Source of the DNA: an uncultured virus (IMG/VR IMGVR_UViG_3300044617_000992)
Taxonomy: Duplodnaviria; Heunggongvirae; Uroviricota; Caudoviricetes
Direction: 5' to 3' (one strand)
Virus record (IMG/VR): IMGVR_UViG_3300044617_000992
Length of the DNA stretch: 54,970 nucleotides
Shown: one piece after another, positions 25,260 through 35,303 of the stretch
How the letters are laid out: each line of letters starts with the position of its first letter
How positions within the stretch are numbered: position 1 is the stretch's first letter
Translations under genes and position numbers: made by a program
Notes under the pieces: model-generated
The model's input: the letters and a program-made list of their open reading frames with translations, nothing else
Told to the model about the DNA's origin: nothing
The model's database searches: none

Positions 25260-27540
25260 AATCTTCTTCTCCAGATGAACTTAAGATGTCGTCAATTAAA
25301 TCATTAATATTTTGAGATGGTTCTTTGATCTCATCAGTCTTATTATCATATGTGTTTTGATAATAAGAAGTCTTCCATCCATACTTATAAGTTGTCAAGA
25401 AGTCTTGTGCCATCACACTAACAGGAACTTCGTTATCTGCATAGTTTTCTGGATTATAACTCCAGTTTCCGGAAATTGCTTGGTCGAAAAACTTCTGCAT
25501 CACAGCAACAACATTAATATAACCACGATTAGACTCCATATCCCAAAGGAGAGTGTAATTGTTTTTAAGACTCTGATATTGAGGGACAATCTGCTTAAGA
25601 GGTCCTTTTTTGGACTTTTTAACGGACAGGAATCCCCTAGGAGGCTCGATGCCATTGGTGGCATTTGACACAACGGAACTGCTCTCCGATGGCATTTGTG
25701 CGGACAACGTGCTATGTCGTAATCCATATGTCTGAATGTTGGTACGTAAAGTTTCCCAATCATGCTCTAATGGGATAGAAGAAATTTCATCTACATCTCT
25801 CTTGTATGTATCAATCGGCAGAATTCCATCAGAATATTTTGTTCTTCCAAAGTACTCACAATAACCCTTTTCTTTGGCAAGTTGATTAGATGCCTTCAGA
25901 AGATAATATTGGAATGCTTCGGTTAAACCATGAACTGCATCCCATGCCTCTTGAGAGTCATAATTGAACCCAAGTTTGGCAAGATAGTGTGCGAGACCAA
26001 TGAAACCGATTCCAAGGGACCTACGTGCCTTTGTAGCAATCTCTGCTGCCTTTACAGGATAATCCTGATAATCAATCAGTTCATCCAATCCACGAACAGA
26101 AAGATCACAAAGTTCTTCAAGTTCTTCATCGGACTTTACCTTACCAACATTGATGGCAGACAGAATGCAAAGAGCAATCTCCCCCATATCATCATCAATA
26201 TGCTGAAGAGGATCTGTAGGAAGAGTGATCTCCTGACAAAGATTACTCATATTCACTTTATCCTTAAAGGATGAGTGAGAGTTGCAGTGATCGATATTCA
26301 TGATGTAAATACGACCAGTTTCTGCACGTTCTTTCAGAAGATTGAGAATGAGTTCTTGACCTCCGATAGTTTTTCTTGGAATAGATGGATCTCGTTCATA
26401 ACCCACATATAACTCGTCAAATCGATCAGTGCCAAAAGCATCATACAAACCAGGAACGTCGTGGGGGGAAAAGAGTGAAATCTCTTCGTTTTGGATAAAT
26501 CGTTCATAGAACAGTTTGCTGATTTGAATAGAGTAATCTAACTTACGAACACGGTTATCTTCAGTTCCTTTATTGTTCTTAAGGACAAGAATGTCTTCTA
26601 TTTCTTGATGCCAGATTGGAAAATGGACCGTTGCAGATCCACCTCGGATGCCATTTTGAGTGCAGCATCGGACAGTTGCCTCAAATTTTTTGAGAAACGG
26701 TACAACACCAGTATGGGCAACCTCTCCGCCTCTAATTTTACTGTTGATGCCACGGATGCGACCTGCGTTGATACCGATTCCCGCCCTTTGAGCAACATAC
26801 CTGCCAATAGCCATGTCACTACTAAAGATGCTGTCGAGGGTGTCATCAACATCAACAAGAACACAGCTTGCAAATTGTCTAAGAGGTGTTCTAACTCCTG
26901 CCATGATGGGAGTTGGGATGTTGATTTTGTGCTTTGAGATTGCATTGTAATACCTATGAACGTAGTCTAAACGTTTCTCTTTTGGATACTCTGCAAAAAT
27001 AGTCAGAGCAATCATAATATACATGAACTGGGGAGTTTCATACACTTTACCAGCACTTCGATCTTGCACTAGATACTTGTCAACTACCTGACGAAGACCT
27101 GCATAGGTGAAGAGCATGTCACGATCATGGTCGATAAAACCATTGACCTTATCAATATCTTCCTTTGAATATTTAATAAAGATATCACTATCGTAAATAT
27201 TTTTCTCAACACAAGAATAAATGTGCTGCTCTAGATGGGGGAATTCTTTGATTCCTCCATAAAGACCTTTTCTCAAAGAGAACAGAAGAAGTCTAGCAGC
27301 AACAAATTGATAATTTGGATGATCCAAATCAATCAAATCACTAGCACTTCGGATTAAGATTTCTTGAATCTCTGCCGTAGTAATGCCATCATAGAATTGA
27401 ATACCAGATTGCATCTCAACTTGACTTGCAGAAACCCCTGCAAGTCCCTTACATGCCTCTTCTACCATCAAATGCATCTTGTCTAGATCAAGTGGTTCGA
27501 TGGATCCATCTCTCTTATTAACTTTTAGTCCGTTGCTCAT
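25240..27540 (-). CDS. nrdA: Ribonucleotide reductase class Ia alpha subunit
   Basis: ATP cone VNKRDG, PTPIMAGVRT, SCVL, SNLCQEI, C-terminal CESC; likely start MSNG at 27540. Confidence 0.97.
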   Translation of the reverse strand: MSNGLKVNKRDGSIEPLDLDKMHLMVEEACKGLAGVSASQVEMQSGIQFYDGITTAEIQEILIRSASDLIDLDHPNYQFVAARLLLFSLRKGLYGGIKEFPHLEQHIYSCVEKNIYDSDIFIKYSKEDIDKVNGFIDHDRDMLFTYAGLRQVVDKYLVQDRSAGKVYETPQFMYIMIALTIFAEYPKEKRLDYVHRYYNAISKHKINIPTPIMAGVRTPLRQFASCVLVDVDDTLDSIFSSDMAIGRYVAQRAGIGINAGRIRGINSKIRGGEVAHTGVVPFLKKFEATVRCCTQNGIRGGSATVHFPIWHQEIEDILVLKNNKGTEDNRVRKLDYSIQISKLFYERFIQNEEISLFSPHDVPGLYDAFGTDRFDELYVGYERDPSIPRKTIGGQELILNLLKERAETGRIYIMNIDHCNSHSSFKDKVNMSNLCQEITLPTDPLQHIDDDMGEIALCILSAINVGKVKSDEELEELCDLSVRGLDELIDYQDYPVKAAEIATKARRSLGIGFIGLAHYLAKLGFNYDSQEAWDAVHGLTEAFQYYLLKASNQLAKEKGYCEYFGRTKYSDGILPIDTYKRDVDEISSIPLEHDWETLRTNIQTYGLRHSTLSAQMPSESSSVVSNATNGIEPPRGFLSVKKSKKGPLKQIVPQYQSLKNNYTLLWDMESNRGYINVVAVMQKFFDQAISGNWSYNPENYADNEVPVSVMAQDFLTTYKYGWKTSYYQNTYDNKTDEIKEPSQNINDLIDDILSSSGEEDCESCKI

Positions 27541-28538
27541 ACTCGTTTCCAACCAATAAGTTTTGCTTTTGCTTCTAATCCACAATAAGTGTTTGATTTT
27601 AACATAGACTGAACGTTTAGTCCAGACAAAATCATATCATTAATATCCTTTTGCTGGATATCATTAGGCCAAATGACGATGGGCAATTTTAATTCAATTG
27701 CTTTTGTCATCTTATCAACAATCTGTTTATTCCGTTTTTCATTATCATAAACAACTACAAAATCAACTTCATAATTCGAAAGTAAAAACATATGATCGAT
27801 ATCAGAACCAACCATAGCAATTGAGTTGTCTATAAACATACTATCAAAAGGACCTTCAACAATATAAACTGTCTTGTCCCAATCAACATTATCTAGTCCA
27901 TAAATTTTTGGATGTGAATCATTCAAAATGATTGTAATGTATTTAACCTTCGAATTTTTCTTCAAACTTCTTCCTTGAAATCCAAAGATTTCACCTTTGT
28001 TTATTAAAGGAATAATAATCCTCGGTTCATCATTTTCAATGGAAGTGAATGTTTGCTTTTGAGAATTAGTCCATTCTTTAAATCTATCACAATAATATAA
28101 TTGCGATAGATATTTTTCTGGAATTTTTCTGCTACTTAAATACTTTTTTGCGGTATGATCTTCCGGAAGTTCTAATATAGTAGGGAGATCAAAAGACTTT
28201 TTTGAAAATTTTGGAGCAGTAAAATTGAATTTTGGATCAGCAGTGTTTGAGTTTTTTCCAGTCAATCCATTTTTATACCTCTCCATTACATATTGATCGT
28301 AAAGGACATTATCCATATCCTTTAAGAAGTTTGTAAAAGACCTAGATACACCACAATTATGGCACTTGTAATTGTGATCGTTCTTTGACTGGTAGATATA
28401 CCCCCTTGCTTTGTTTTTATACCTCTGCGAATCTCCACAGTAAGGGCATCTGAAATTATAAAGATTGTTTTTTACTTGCTTAAATTTTTGAAGCCTAGAT
28501 GAAATAAGTCCAATGTATTTGGAGTCAACAAAACTCAT
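27537..28538 (-). CDS. gp61: DNA primase
   Basis: CPYCGDS...CHNC zinc finger, VEGPFD, DNE, KDIND. Confidence 0.95.
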   Translation of the reverse strand: MSFVDSKYIGLISSRLQKFKQVKNNLYNFRCPYCGDSQRYKNKARGYIYQSKNDHNYKCHNCGVSRSFTNFLKDMDNVLYDQYVMERYKNGLTGKNSNTADPKFNFTAPKFSKKSFDLPTILELPEDHTAKKYLSSRKIPEKYLSQLYYCDRFKEWTNSQKQTFTSIENDEPRIIIPLINKGEIFGFQGRSLKKNSKVKYITIILNDSHPKIYGLDNVDWDKTVYIVEGPFDSMFIDNSIAMVGSDIDHMFLLSNYEVDFVVVYDNEKRNKQIVDKMTKAIELKLPIVIWPNDIQQKDINDMILSGLNVQSMLKSNTYCGLEAKAKLIGWKRV

Positions 28539-28549
28539 TACAAGATAAT

Positions 28550-28963
28550 CTATTTGCTAGATTCTATTCTAGCAGGTTGCTGGTCTGGTGTCAAGATATC
28601 CACCACTATATGAGATTGTGATACTGCGAAGGATAAGAGGATTGCTGCTCCTGCGATTATCCAACGAAATTTTCCAAGGTCTTCTACTTTAGTCTCTAAT
28701 GAATCAATTCTTTTAGAAACTACTTCATGCTGATCTTTATTTTCTATTTTTAATTCTTCAATTAATCTTCCAACATAATCATCTGCTCTATGGCACTGTT
28801 CTATCTTTTCCTCATGAACAGCCAACATCTTACTGATATTCTGACTTGTCCTTCCCATAATTTGAATTGCTTCATCTATCTTTTTCAATAGCAATTCATA
28901 AGATGAAAGTCTTTCTTCAAGCACGGCAATTTTGGTGTCTGCAGAAGTATTTTGGTTAAACAT
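28550..28963 (-). CDS. Coiled-coil protein with a C-terminal transmembrane segment
   Basis: Heptad pattern then WIIAGAAILLSFAV; 3' end carries TTGACA-17 nt-TAGAAT ahead of primase. Confidence 0.7.
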   Translation of the reverse strand: MFNQNTSADTKIAVLEERLSSYELLLKKIDEAIQIMGRTSQNISKMLAVHEEKIEQCHRADDYVGRLIEELKIENKDQHEVVSKRIDSLETKVEDLGKFRWIIAGAAILLSFAVSQSHIVVDILTPDQQPARIESSK

Positions 28964-29173
28964 TTACTTGGACCGTCTTTGTACCTTTGCTAAATTTTTA
29001 AAAAAAGGATTCCAAGTTCTATGCTTCTTTTTACGTAAATCAACTGGTGGATTTCCAGGATCTGCCTCGGGAGTTCCTGCAATCTTACCAGTGCCAAGGT
29101 TCATTGTTGGAGCATCTTCACGCAAATTCGTTCTAATAATATTTATTATTTCGTCTAATTTGTCCGATTTCAT
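28964..29173 (-). CDS. Hypothetical phage protein
   Basis: 69-aa ORF abutting neighbours. Confidence 0.65.
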   Translation of the reverse strand: MKSDKLDEIINIIRTNLREDAPTMNLGTGKIAGTPEADPGNPPVDLRKKKHRTWNPFFKNLAKVQRRSK

Positions 29174-29174
29174 T

Positions 29175-29546
29175 TTAGATTGAATTTAGGATATCTAAAC
29201 ATTTATGGTCTATGGGTATATCGTCGATCATCGACTTTGGATATTCCGGAATTCTATTCAAAAATAATAAAAATGTCTTAATAGAAGACCACAGTTCCCT
29301 CTCTAATTTGTAAAAGAGAAGTGGAACTGCGGCATCATTAAAGACATTGAATATGATAATGAAGTGGTTGATTAAAAGATCAACTCTCAATTCACCACCT
29401 CTTACATATTTCCGAAGCAGTTTCTTTATATACTTAAATCTACTTAAGTCTTCAAAGAAATCATCTTGCGTAACTGCTTGAGGATTATCATAATATTTAA
29501 TAGCAAACAATATATAATTCTCTTCGTTCAACTCATCAAACTTCAT
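29175..29546 (-). CDS. Conserved T4-like phage hypothetical protein
   Basis: ELNEENY.LFAIKYYDNP...EDL.RFKYIKKLL...LLINH. Confidence 0.75.
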   Translation of the reverse strand: MKFDELNEENYILFAIKYYDNPQAVTQDDFFEDLSRFKYIKKLLRKYVRGGELRVDLLINHFIIIFNVFNDAAVPLLFYKLERELWSSIKTFLLFLNRIPEYPKSMIDDIPIDHKCLDILNSI

Positions 29547-29552
29547 ATATTA

Positions 29553-30389
29553 TCAGCTAACGGTCATTGTTGCAATTCCAGAAGTCGAAGACACATTTCC
29601 AGAGGTAAGAACGACACGATACTTATAATTATTCTTGCTTGCATCAGTATTCGCAATGCTTACACTAGTTGAGGTTTGACCCGCAAGGTTAGCAAATGTT
29701 CCGGTATTAGGATCTTGTTGCCACTGATAAGAAAGTGGTGCGTAAGAAGGAGTAATTGATGCACTTACACTAAACGTGGCAGTTGCTGTAGTTCCAACAC
29801 CTACTGATTGTGGTTGAGTGAGAATTGAAATAACGGCATCAACATATACAGAATCGTCAGCAGCATCACCAGCAGCAATATATGTTGGAAGAGTTCCACC
29901 AGTGATTTCCGACATAGCAACAAGAGTTTCCGATTTAACTCTCAAGTTGCCGTGCATATCAACATAAGTATGAACCCCAACCCATCCTGCGTGTGCTACA
30001 GCATATTTAGTTGTTGTTGCTGCTCCTGCCTCATTTACATCAACACCATACACAACATTGGTAGAAGATGAATTTCCTGCCCCAATAATTGTTGCATAAT
30101 TTATGTCTTCAAGGGTATAGATTGGTCTTTCAGTAATCGAATATCCAATTCCAGAAATTGCTGCTCCAGACAAGTATTGAGTAGTAGCAATTGAAATCGA
30201 AGTATCCGATGTAATTGCAGAAATTACTGCAGAACCAAAAGTTCCACCAGCTCCAATTACAATTACATCGCCAGTGGAAATTCCAGCAGCAGTGAATGAA
30301 GTTCCGGTTCCGGTGATAGTTTTATTTCCATAATTAACTGCGATTGTTCCTACAGAATAAAGACTATCTGATTTTCCCCAAAGAGCCAT
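29553..30389 (-). CDS. Putative virion structural protein with C-terminal Ig-like domain
   Basis: MALWG start, HAGWVG...RVKSETLVAM, TQPQS...LSYQWQ...YKYRVVL; TATAAATA at 30424-30431. Confidence 0.7.
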   Translation of the reverse strand: MALWGKSDSLYSVGTIAVNYGNKTITGTGTSFTAAGISTGDVIVIGAGGTFGSAVISAITSDTSISIATTQYLSGAAISGIGYSITERPIYTLEDINYATIIGAGNSSSTNVVYGVDVNEAGAATTTKYAVAHAGWVGVHTYVDMHGNLRVKSETLVAMSEITGGTLPTYIAAGDAADDSVYVDAVISILTQPQSVGVGTTATATFSVSASITPSYAPLSYQWQQDPNTGTFANLAGQTSTSVSIANTDASKNNYKYRVVLTSGNVSSTSGIATMTVS

Positions 30390-30430
30390 TTGTTTTACCT
30401 AACTAATTTTTTTATTCTTGAATTATTTAT

Positions 30431-30458
30431 AAAAATGGGGGAGTGAGTTCTCCCCCCA
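30431..30458 (-). terminator. Intrinsic terminator
   Basis: GGGGGAG/CTCCCCC stem followed by ATTTTT. Confidence 0.6.
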
Positions 30459-30483
30459 GTAATTTTAGTGTGAATAGTAATTA

Positions 30484-30654
30484 TCAACCTTTCTTTAAAA
30501 GGGACTTTCTTACCGTAGATGCAATTACATCATCAATATCATTATCTGTAGATTGAACGTACTTATCAATCAAATCACAAACTAATTTTTTAGTTTTTCT
30601 ATTAGATGCTAAAGAAAAAAGTAAAGGTCTGACTAAACTTACAGCTACTCCCAT
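30484..30654 (-). CDS. Small hypothetical protein
   Basis: Likely start MGVAVS after GAGGT; STDNDIDD motif. Confidence 0.65.
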   Translation of the reverse strand: MGVAVSLVRPLLFSLASNRKTKKLVCDLIDKYVQSTDNDIDDVIASTVRKSLLKKG

Positions 30655-30688
30655 GATTACCTCTTGTATTATCCTATTATATAGGAAA

Positions 30689-31369
30689 TCACCCATTAAT
30701 ATTATATCTATTTTGAAGATATAATATTACTGATTCATTTGTAGATCCAGATTGTGCTTTTGCTTTTGCAAGTTGAACATCAGCAAGTTCTTTCTTGACT
30801 TGCATCTGAGCTGCCTTTCTCTTGGCAGAAGAATCTACAGTTACAGTTTCTGCATCACCTTTAGGTGGAATGGCAGTTGAGTTTGCCTCATCCAATTCAA
30901 ACTCCTCTTTAGGAACGCAGTTAGGTACAGTTCTGCCACCCTTCTTCTTGGTTCCTACTGGTTCGTATCCTTTCCAGCAAGGATTAGTATTTCTTAAAGT
31001 CTTTTCCTTCTTTTCTTCTTCAATACTTGGTTTTGTATTGATTTTATTTTCTACATTTCTAACATCAATTTTTTTATTCTTTTTAACCTTACCAGGTTCA
31101 ACCTCTTCCTTTCTCATTGCCTTTTTGATGGCACGATCTTTTACTCCAGCATACTCATCTGCTTCATCTTCCACTTCACCGTCACCATCATAATCTTTAG
31201 ACTTTTTTCCAGTCTTCTTATACTTATGCTCTTCATCTTCACCAGCATCATCTTCATCATCATCTTCCTTCTCGGATTCCTTTTTACCTTCAGTTAAGGT
31301 ATAAGGATCTTCAATATTAAAAAATGGTTCTCTAAGTTCTTTAAAAGAATCAGTCCAAATGTTAGTCAT
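30689..31369 (-). CDS. Highly charged low-complexity protein, possible internal head protein
   Basis: KDYDGDGEVE...EYAGVKDRAIKKAM and PCWKGY..VGTKKKGGRTVPNCV modules; TAAATA upstream. Confidence 0.65.
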   Translation of the reverse strand: MTNIWTDSFKELREPFFNIEDPYTLTEGKKESEKEDDDEDDAGEDEEHKYKKTGKKSKDYDGDGEVEDEADEYAGVKDRAIKKAMRKEEVEPGKVKKNKKIDVRNVENKINTKPSIEEEKKEKTLRNTNPCWKGYEPVGTKKKGGRTVPNCVPKEEFELDEANSTAIPPKGDAETVTVDSSAKRKAAQMQVKKELADVQLAKAKAQSGSTNESVILYLQNRYNING

Positions 31370-31404
31370 TGATTTTCTGTGCTTTTGCTTCTTTTATTTA
31401 TTTG

Positions 31405-32529
31405 TCAGTTAACTTCACAAACATCCTTTATCCAAGATTTAAACATTATACCATCATCAGTTACACAAATTAGATGGTTTGTCCCAGATCTAATAATATT
31501 CCCACGAAGTCCTGTATTACAATTCTCCACTAAAGACCCAACAGTAAATATTTTTTTAGTGACATAATTTTCACGAAGACCTCTCCAATCCAAATCTGGA
31601 GAAATTTCCCAAATAGAATAACCTTCTTTAATATTCATAGCATCTCTCAAATCCATAAAGAGTTGCTTAATTATTGATTCATCAACATTTGAAGGCATTG
31701 TTTTTTTAAAGGTCTGATAATCCCCTTCTGCAGCAGAACTTCTAGCAACAGAAGATGTCCCAGTTTCGGAATCAGAGTCTTTTGGTCCCGCAGAAACTAC
31801 GTTAATTGATTGGAACTGATATAACTGCCCGTTTGCCTTTGCAGTCAAACTATCAAGTTCAGCAACTCTTTCCTCTCCACAGACTACATTGGCAGAAGTA
31901 TATCCTTCTTGATTTAAGAAGGTCAGTGCATCAAATACAGTGTTAAACTCATCACTGTCAATAATCCGATCAGCATAATCAGGAAACATTTCCCTCATAT
32001 ATTGGATCTTTAATTCAGGATCCAATGGATTTCTTTTTTTATCCTGGGTTCTACTTGGGAATATATAAAAGTTTCCTCCAGCAGATACTTGAGACATTGC
32101 TTTAAACAATGCTTCGTGTCCTTTGGTTGGAGGATTAAACTTACCGAAGGCAACTGTAACTATATCATCACGAACTTGCTGTTGAGATTGACCGTATCCA
32201 GATGCTGAAGAAGATGCTGCTGAAGCAGCAGAAGATCTCTGAGATGCTGCTTGAGGAGTTTTGCCAAGTCTTACTTTTCCCCCTTTATAAGCAGAAGGTT
32301 TTTTACCAGTAATGGTTGCTGGTTCTTGCCTTTCAGTCTCATCCTTATCTTTCTTCTGAGATGCCTTTCCACTAAAGACTTTAAGTTGTCCCTTTACAGT
32401 TTTTGCTACTAACTTTCCCTTTGAATCATACCAGTCTCCGTGACCGTTTCCCACAAGTCCCATCCTTTTCGCTTGAGCGGATGCTTGTGTTTCTACTGCT
32501 TCTTTGATAAAGGTTAAGAAAGTTTTCAT
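31405..32529 (-). CDS. Cytidylyltransferase-like (HxGH) nucleotidyltransferase
   Basis: VAFGKFNPPTKGHEAL, NPL, VVCGEERV, SSVARSSA. Confidence 0.8.
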   Translation of the reverse strand: MKTFLTFIKEAVETQASAQAKRMGLVGNGHGDWYDSKGKLVAKTVKGQLKVFSGKASQKKDKDETERQEPATITGKKPSAYKGGKVRLGKTPQAASQRSSAASAASSSASGYGQSQQQVRDDIVTVAFGKFNPPTKGHEALFKAMSQVSAGGNFYIFPSRTQDKKRNPLDPELKIQYMREMFPDYADRIIDSDEFNTVFDALTFLNQEGYTSANVVCGEERVAELDSLTAKANGQLYQFQSINVVSAGPKDSDSETGTSSVARSSAAEGDYQTFKKTMPSNVDESIIKQLFMDLRDAMNIKEGYSIWEISPDLDWRGLRENYVTKKIFTVGSLVENCNTGLRGNIIRSGTNHLICVTDDGIMFKSWIKDVCEVN

Positions 32530-32750
32530 TTATTAATTTGAGAATATATAAAGTCTTGATTATCAAGAATATAGTTGAGACCTGATTTTTTCAATTGTAA
32601 GTATTTATCTTTCTTATCTTTTGTATCTTGATTAGATTCAATAAAAGATATAAAAAACCTAGAAAAATTTTCTATGGTCCTTCTTTTCAATTGTTTAATA
32701 CGAACTTTAGTCTTGTATATTTGTATTAATTCTAAAAATAATTGCTTCAT
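32526..32750 (-). CDS. Hypothetical protein
   Basis: 74-aa ORF with ATGA overlaps at both ends. Confidence 0.65.
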   Translation of the reverse strand: MKQLFLELIQIYKTKVRIKQLKRRTIENFSRFFISFIESNQDTKDKKDKYLQLKKSGLNYILDNQDFIYSQINK

Positions 32751-33475
32751 ATTATGTTAATGTTTCTATCTAGATCTTCATTTGATGCGGGAAGTCCTTT
32801 TGTGTAAAGTGCATAAGAAAAATTATATTTTCCAGATCCTTTTGGTTGAACTCTAACTCTTATAAAGGTCTCCTCTGGAGTAAATTGTTTGAGATCTTTT
32901 GAAATATTCAAAGGATCTTTAACACCAAACCAGTACAAACCTCTTCCTCCAATTTGGATATAATGAGATTCTTTACTTGTATAGTAATCTACTATATCAC
33001 TATAACTACATTTAATTTTTATTTCCGACAATGCCTCCAAATCTTGCTTCCCCCTCTTATCCCTAGGTATTTTTATAACATTCTTGAAGGGGTGGGTTTT
33101 CTCCTCTTCTAAGTATAGAGGATAATATTTATCATTATCTAAATACCACTTCTTATTAACCACCTCTGTAACTTTATATTTTCTAGCAATATTTCTCATT
33201 ATTTCTTTTGAGGTATTTTCATCATCAAGTTCATTGGATTCAGTCAATACCCAAGGCAATTTATTTGGGGAGTTATCAAATTTTAAAGTTCCAGAACCAA
33301 AGGCAGCAGATAAATTTAATTTAATCTCCAATCCACTAGTACCAAAACGATTTTCAACAGTAACATCTTGTCCTGGAATTTGTTCTACATCATTAACATC
33401 AAGAGGAATTTTTCCAGCATTCTTCAATTCTTTGAATAACTTTCTCTCATAAAGTTGCCCCTTATTGAATGCCAT
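32747..33475 (-). CDS. Putative PD-(D/E)xK endonuclease
   Basis: G..YE N-terminal helix, QD...LEIK catalytic pattern, YIQIG. Confidence 0.55.
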   Translation of the reverse strand: MAFNKGQLYERKLFKELKNAGKIPLDVNDVEQIPGQDVTVENRFGTSGLEIKLNLSAAFGSGTLKFDNSPNKLPWVLTESNELDDENTSKEIMRNIARKYKVTEVVNKKWYLDNDKYYPLYLEEEKTHPFKNVIKIPRDKRGKQDLEALSEIKIKCSYSDIVDYYTSKESHYIQIGGRGLYWFGVKDPLNISKDLKQFTPEETFIRVRVQPKGSGKYNFSYALYTKGLPASNEDLDRNINII

Positions 33476-33476
33476 A

Positions 33477-33509
33477 AAAAATCCCGTTTCCTTTATTTAG
33501 AAACGGGAC
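33477..33509 (-). terminator. Hairpin with an embedded late-promoter TAAATA
   Basis: GTCCCGTTTC-TAAATAAAG-GAAACGGGAT followed by TTTT-ATG. Confidence 0.65.
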
Positions 33510-33513
33510 CTTA

Positions 33514-33924
33514 TTAAATATCTCCTACTTCTCGGTTCTCGGAATAATAAACATCAAAGAAACCATCTGGATATCGTTTCATCAGTTTATCAATATTAGT
33601 TTGAATAACTTGATCGAAAGAAACCTCAAGAGCAATGCAAGCTTGTGCTACATACCACATCGTATCACCAAGTTCTTTGATTAGGTGAGTGCGAGTTTCA
33701 TCATTCCAGGATTTACCCTGGAATACCATTTTCTTTACGATTTCCATAAACTCACCACCTTCAGCATTAATACCAACAGCAGCAGTTAGAAGACGTTCAA
33801 TATTTGCTCCTTTCTGATCTAGTTCGACCATTCGATCAGATAGTGCTACAAAATCTTTTGATGCATCAGAAGTAACAGCATCAACAAAATTTTGGTATTT
33901 GTCAAAATCAATTTTTTGTGTCAT
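33514..33924 (-). CDS. mazG: MazG-like NTP pyrophosphohydrolase
   Basis: GINAEGGEFMEIVKK, ELGDTMWY, NIDKL..RYP. Confidence 0.9.
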   Translation of the reverse strand: MTQKIDFDKYQNFVDAVTSDASKDFVALSDRMVELDQKGANIERLLTAAVGINAEGGEFMEIVKKMVFQGKSWNDETRTHLIKELGDTMWYVAQACIALEVSFDQVIQTNIDKLMKRYPDGFFDVYYSENREVGDI

Positions 33925-35303
33925 TAGAATTTTAATCCAGCAAATTTATTAGTTTTTTTAGTATCTTCTTCATAATCATACTCTTCTTCTTTACCAGAGT
34001 CAAGTATGTTATCTTGAGCACTTTGCTCACAATCATAAAGTCTCATCTTCGCACGATCAATACCAACAACAAATCGTTTATTGACCGTAGGATCATTATA
34101 CCTATTCTTAAGTTGCTTAACCATAATCTGACCCATTTGTTCTAGTTCTTCAGTACTAATCAAAGCAAACATAAAGTCTGCAGTAGCAGGAAGACCAAAG
34201 GATTCAGAAGTGTCCGTCAGTTCTACATCAGAGTTGCCATATCCACTACGAGTAGTTTGAGTGGCACTGACGATTGGAACATTAAACTCCACAGCAAGAC
34301 CACGGAGTTCTTCAGCAATTGCCTTTACATAAGAATAAGAATTCACAGAGAAATTTGCCTTGTATCTAGAAGAAGCACAGATATTAAGATAATCAATAAA
34401 GATAATATCTGGTTTAAATGATTTCTTCAAAGACAACTCATTGAGTAGTGATTTGAAATGTCCCGAATGTGCCGAAGCAGTAGGATATTCTTTAATGATT
34501 AACTTACCTTGAGTTTTTTTGTTAAGAATATCAATCTTCTTCTCAAACATATTTTTGGAAAGATCAACAATATCTTTGATATTTACATTCAAGAGGTTCG
34601 AGTCAATTCTTTCAGCAATCCTGTTCTCTGCCATTTCAAGTGTAATGTAGAGAACATTGCGTCCTTGCAGGAGGACGGAGCTAGCCATGTGGCACATGAA
34701 TAGACTTTTCCCGACACCCGTACCAGCAAGAGCGACGTTGAGAGTCTTATTAGGTAGACCACCTTTTGTAATTTTGTTGAAGTATTCAAGGTCGAATGGT
34801 ATTTTATCTTCTTTTCTGTGATAAGATTCATATCTTTCTAGGTAGTCCTGTAAATAATCATGTCCGATGTGGTCATCAAAACTAACGGCAAGTGCGTTCT
34901 GAAGAATTGATGGAATAGCATCTCGGTTTTTCTTTTCGTCCTGTCCGTCAGCAATTTTAATGCTTTCCATCAGTGCGAGATAAATTGCTTTATCTCTGCA
35001 CCATTTTTCAGTTGTATCAGTTAACCACTGATCGTCAACACTAGAATCATCCAGTGCCTTTACATAATCACAAATGACTTTATAAGTGTCCTCTGTGATA
35101 TCTGTCCTTTTTTCAGTTTCAATTAATACAACTTCTTTGGTGGCAAGATTGTCATAGTTAAGAATGAACTTACAAATCTCTTCAAATACTACACGTTCAT
35201 GAGTGTTATCAAAATATTCATTTTTAAGAAAAGGCAAAACCTTTCTACAATAGTCCCCATTGAAAATGAGATTTCTTAGAATTGTAGTTTCAATCTTTTC
35301 CAT
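33924..35303 (-). CDS. gp41: Replicative DNA helicase
   Basis: AGTGVGKS, ITLEMAE, IKEYPT, IDYLNIC, SATQTTR, KNRY. Confidence 0.96.
   Translation of the reverse strand: MEKIETTILRNLIFNGDYCRKVLPFLKNEYFDNTHERVVFEEICKFILNYDNLATKEVVLIETEKRTDITEDTYKVICDYVKALDDSSVDDQWLTDTTEKWCRDKAIYLALMESIKIADGQDEKKNRDAIPSILQNALAVSFDDHIGHDYLQDYLERYESYHRKEDKIPFDLEYFNKITKGGLPNKTLNVALAGTGVGKSLFMCHMASSVLLQGRNVLYITLEMAENRIAERIDSNLLNVNIKDIVDLSKNMFEKKIDILNKKTQGKLIIKEYPTASAHSGHFKSLLNELSLKKSFKPDIIFIDYLNICASSRYKANFSVNSYSYVKAIAEELRGLAVEFNVPIVSATQTTRSGYGNSDVELTDTSESFGLPATADFMFALISTEELEQMGQIMVKQLKNRYNDPTVNKRFVVGIDRAKMRLYDCEQSAQDNILDSGKEEEYDYEEDTKKTNKFAGLKF

Noticed and set aside
32526..33475. Restriction-modification system
   Set aside because: No DNA methyltransferase motifs nearby; the methyltransferases in the window are FkbM or small-molecule types within glycan clusters
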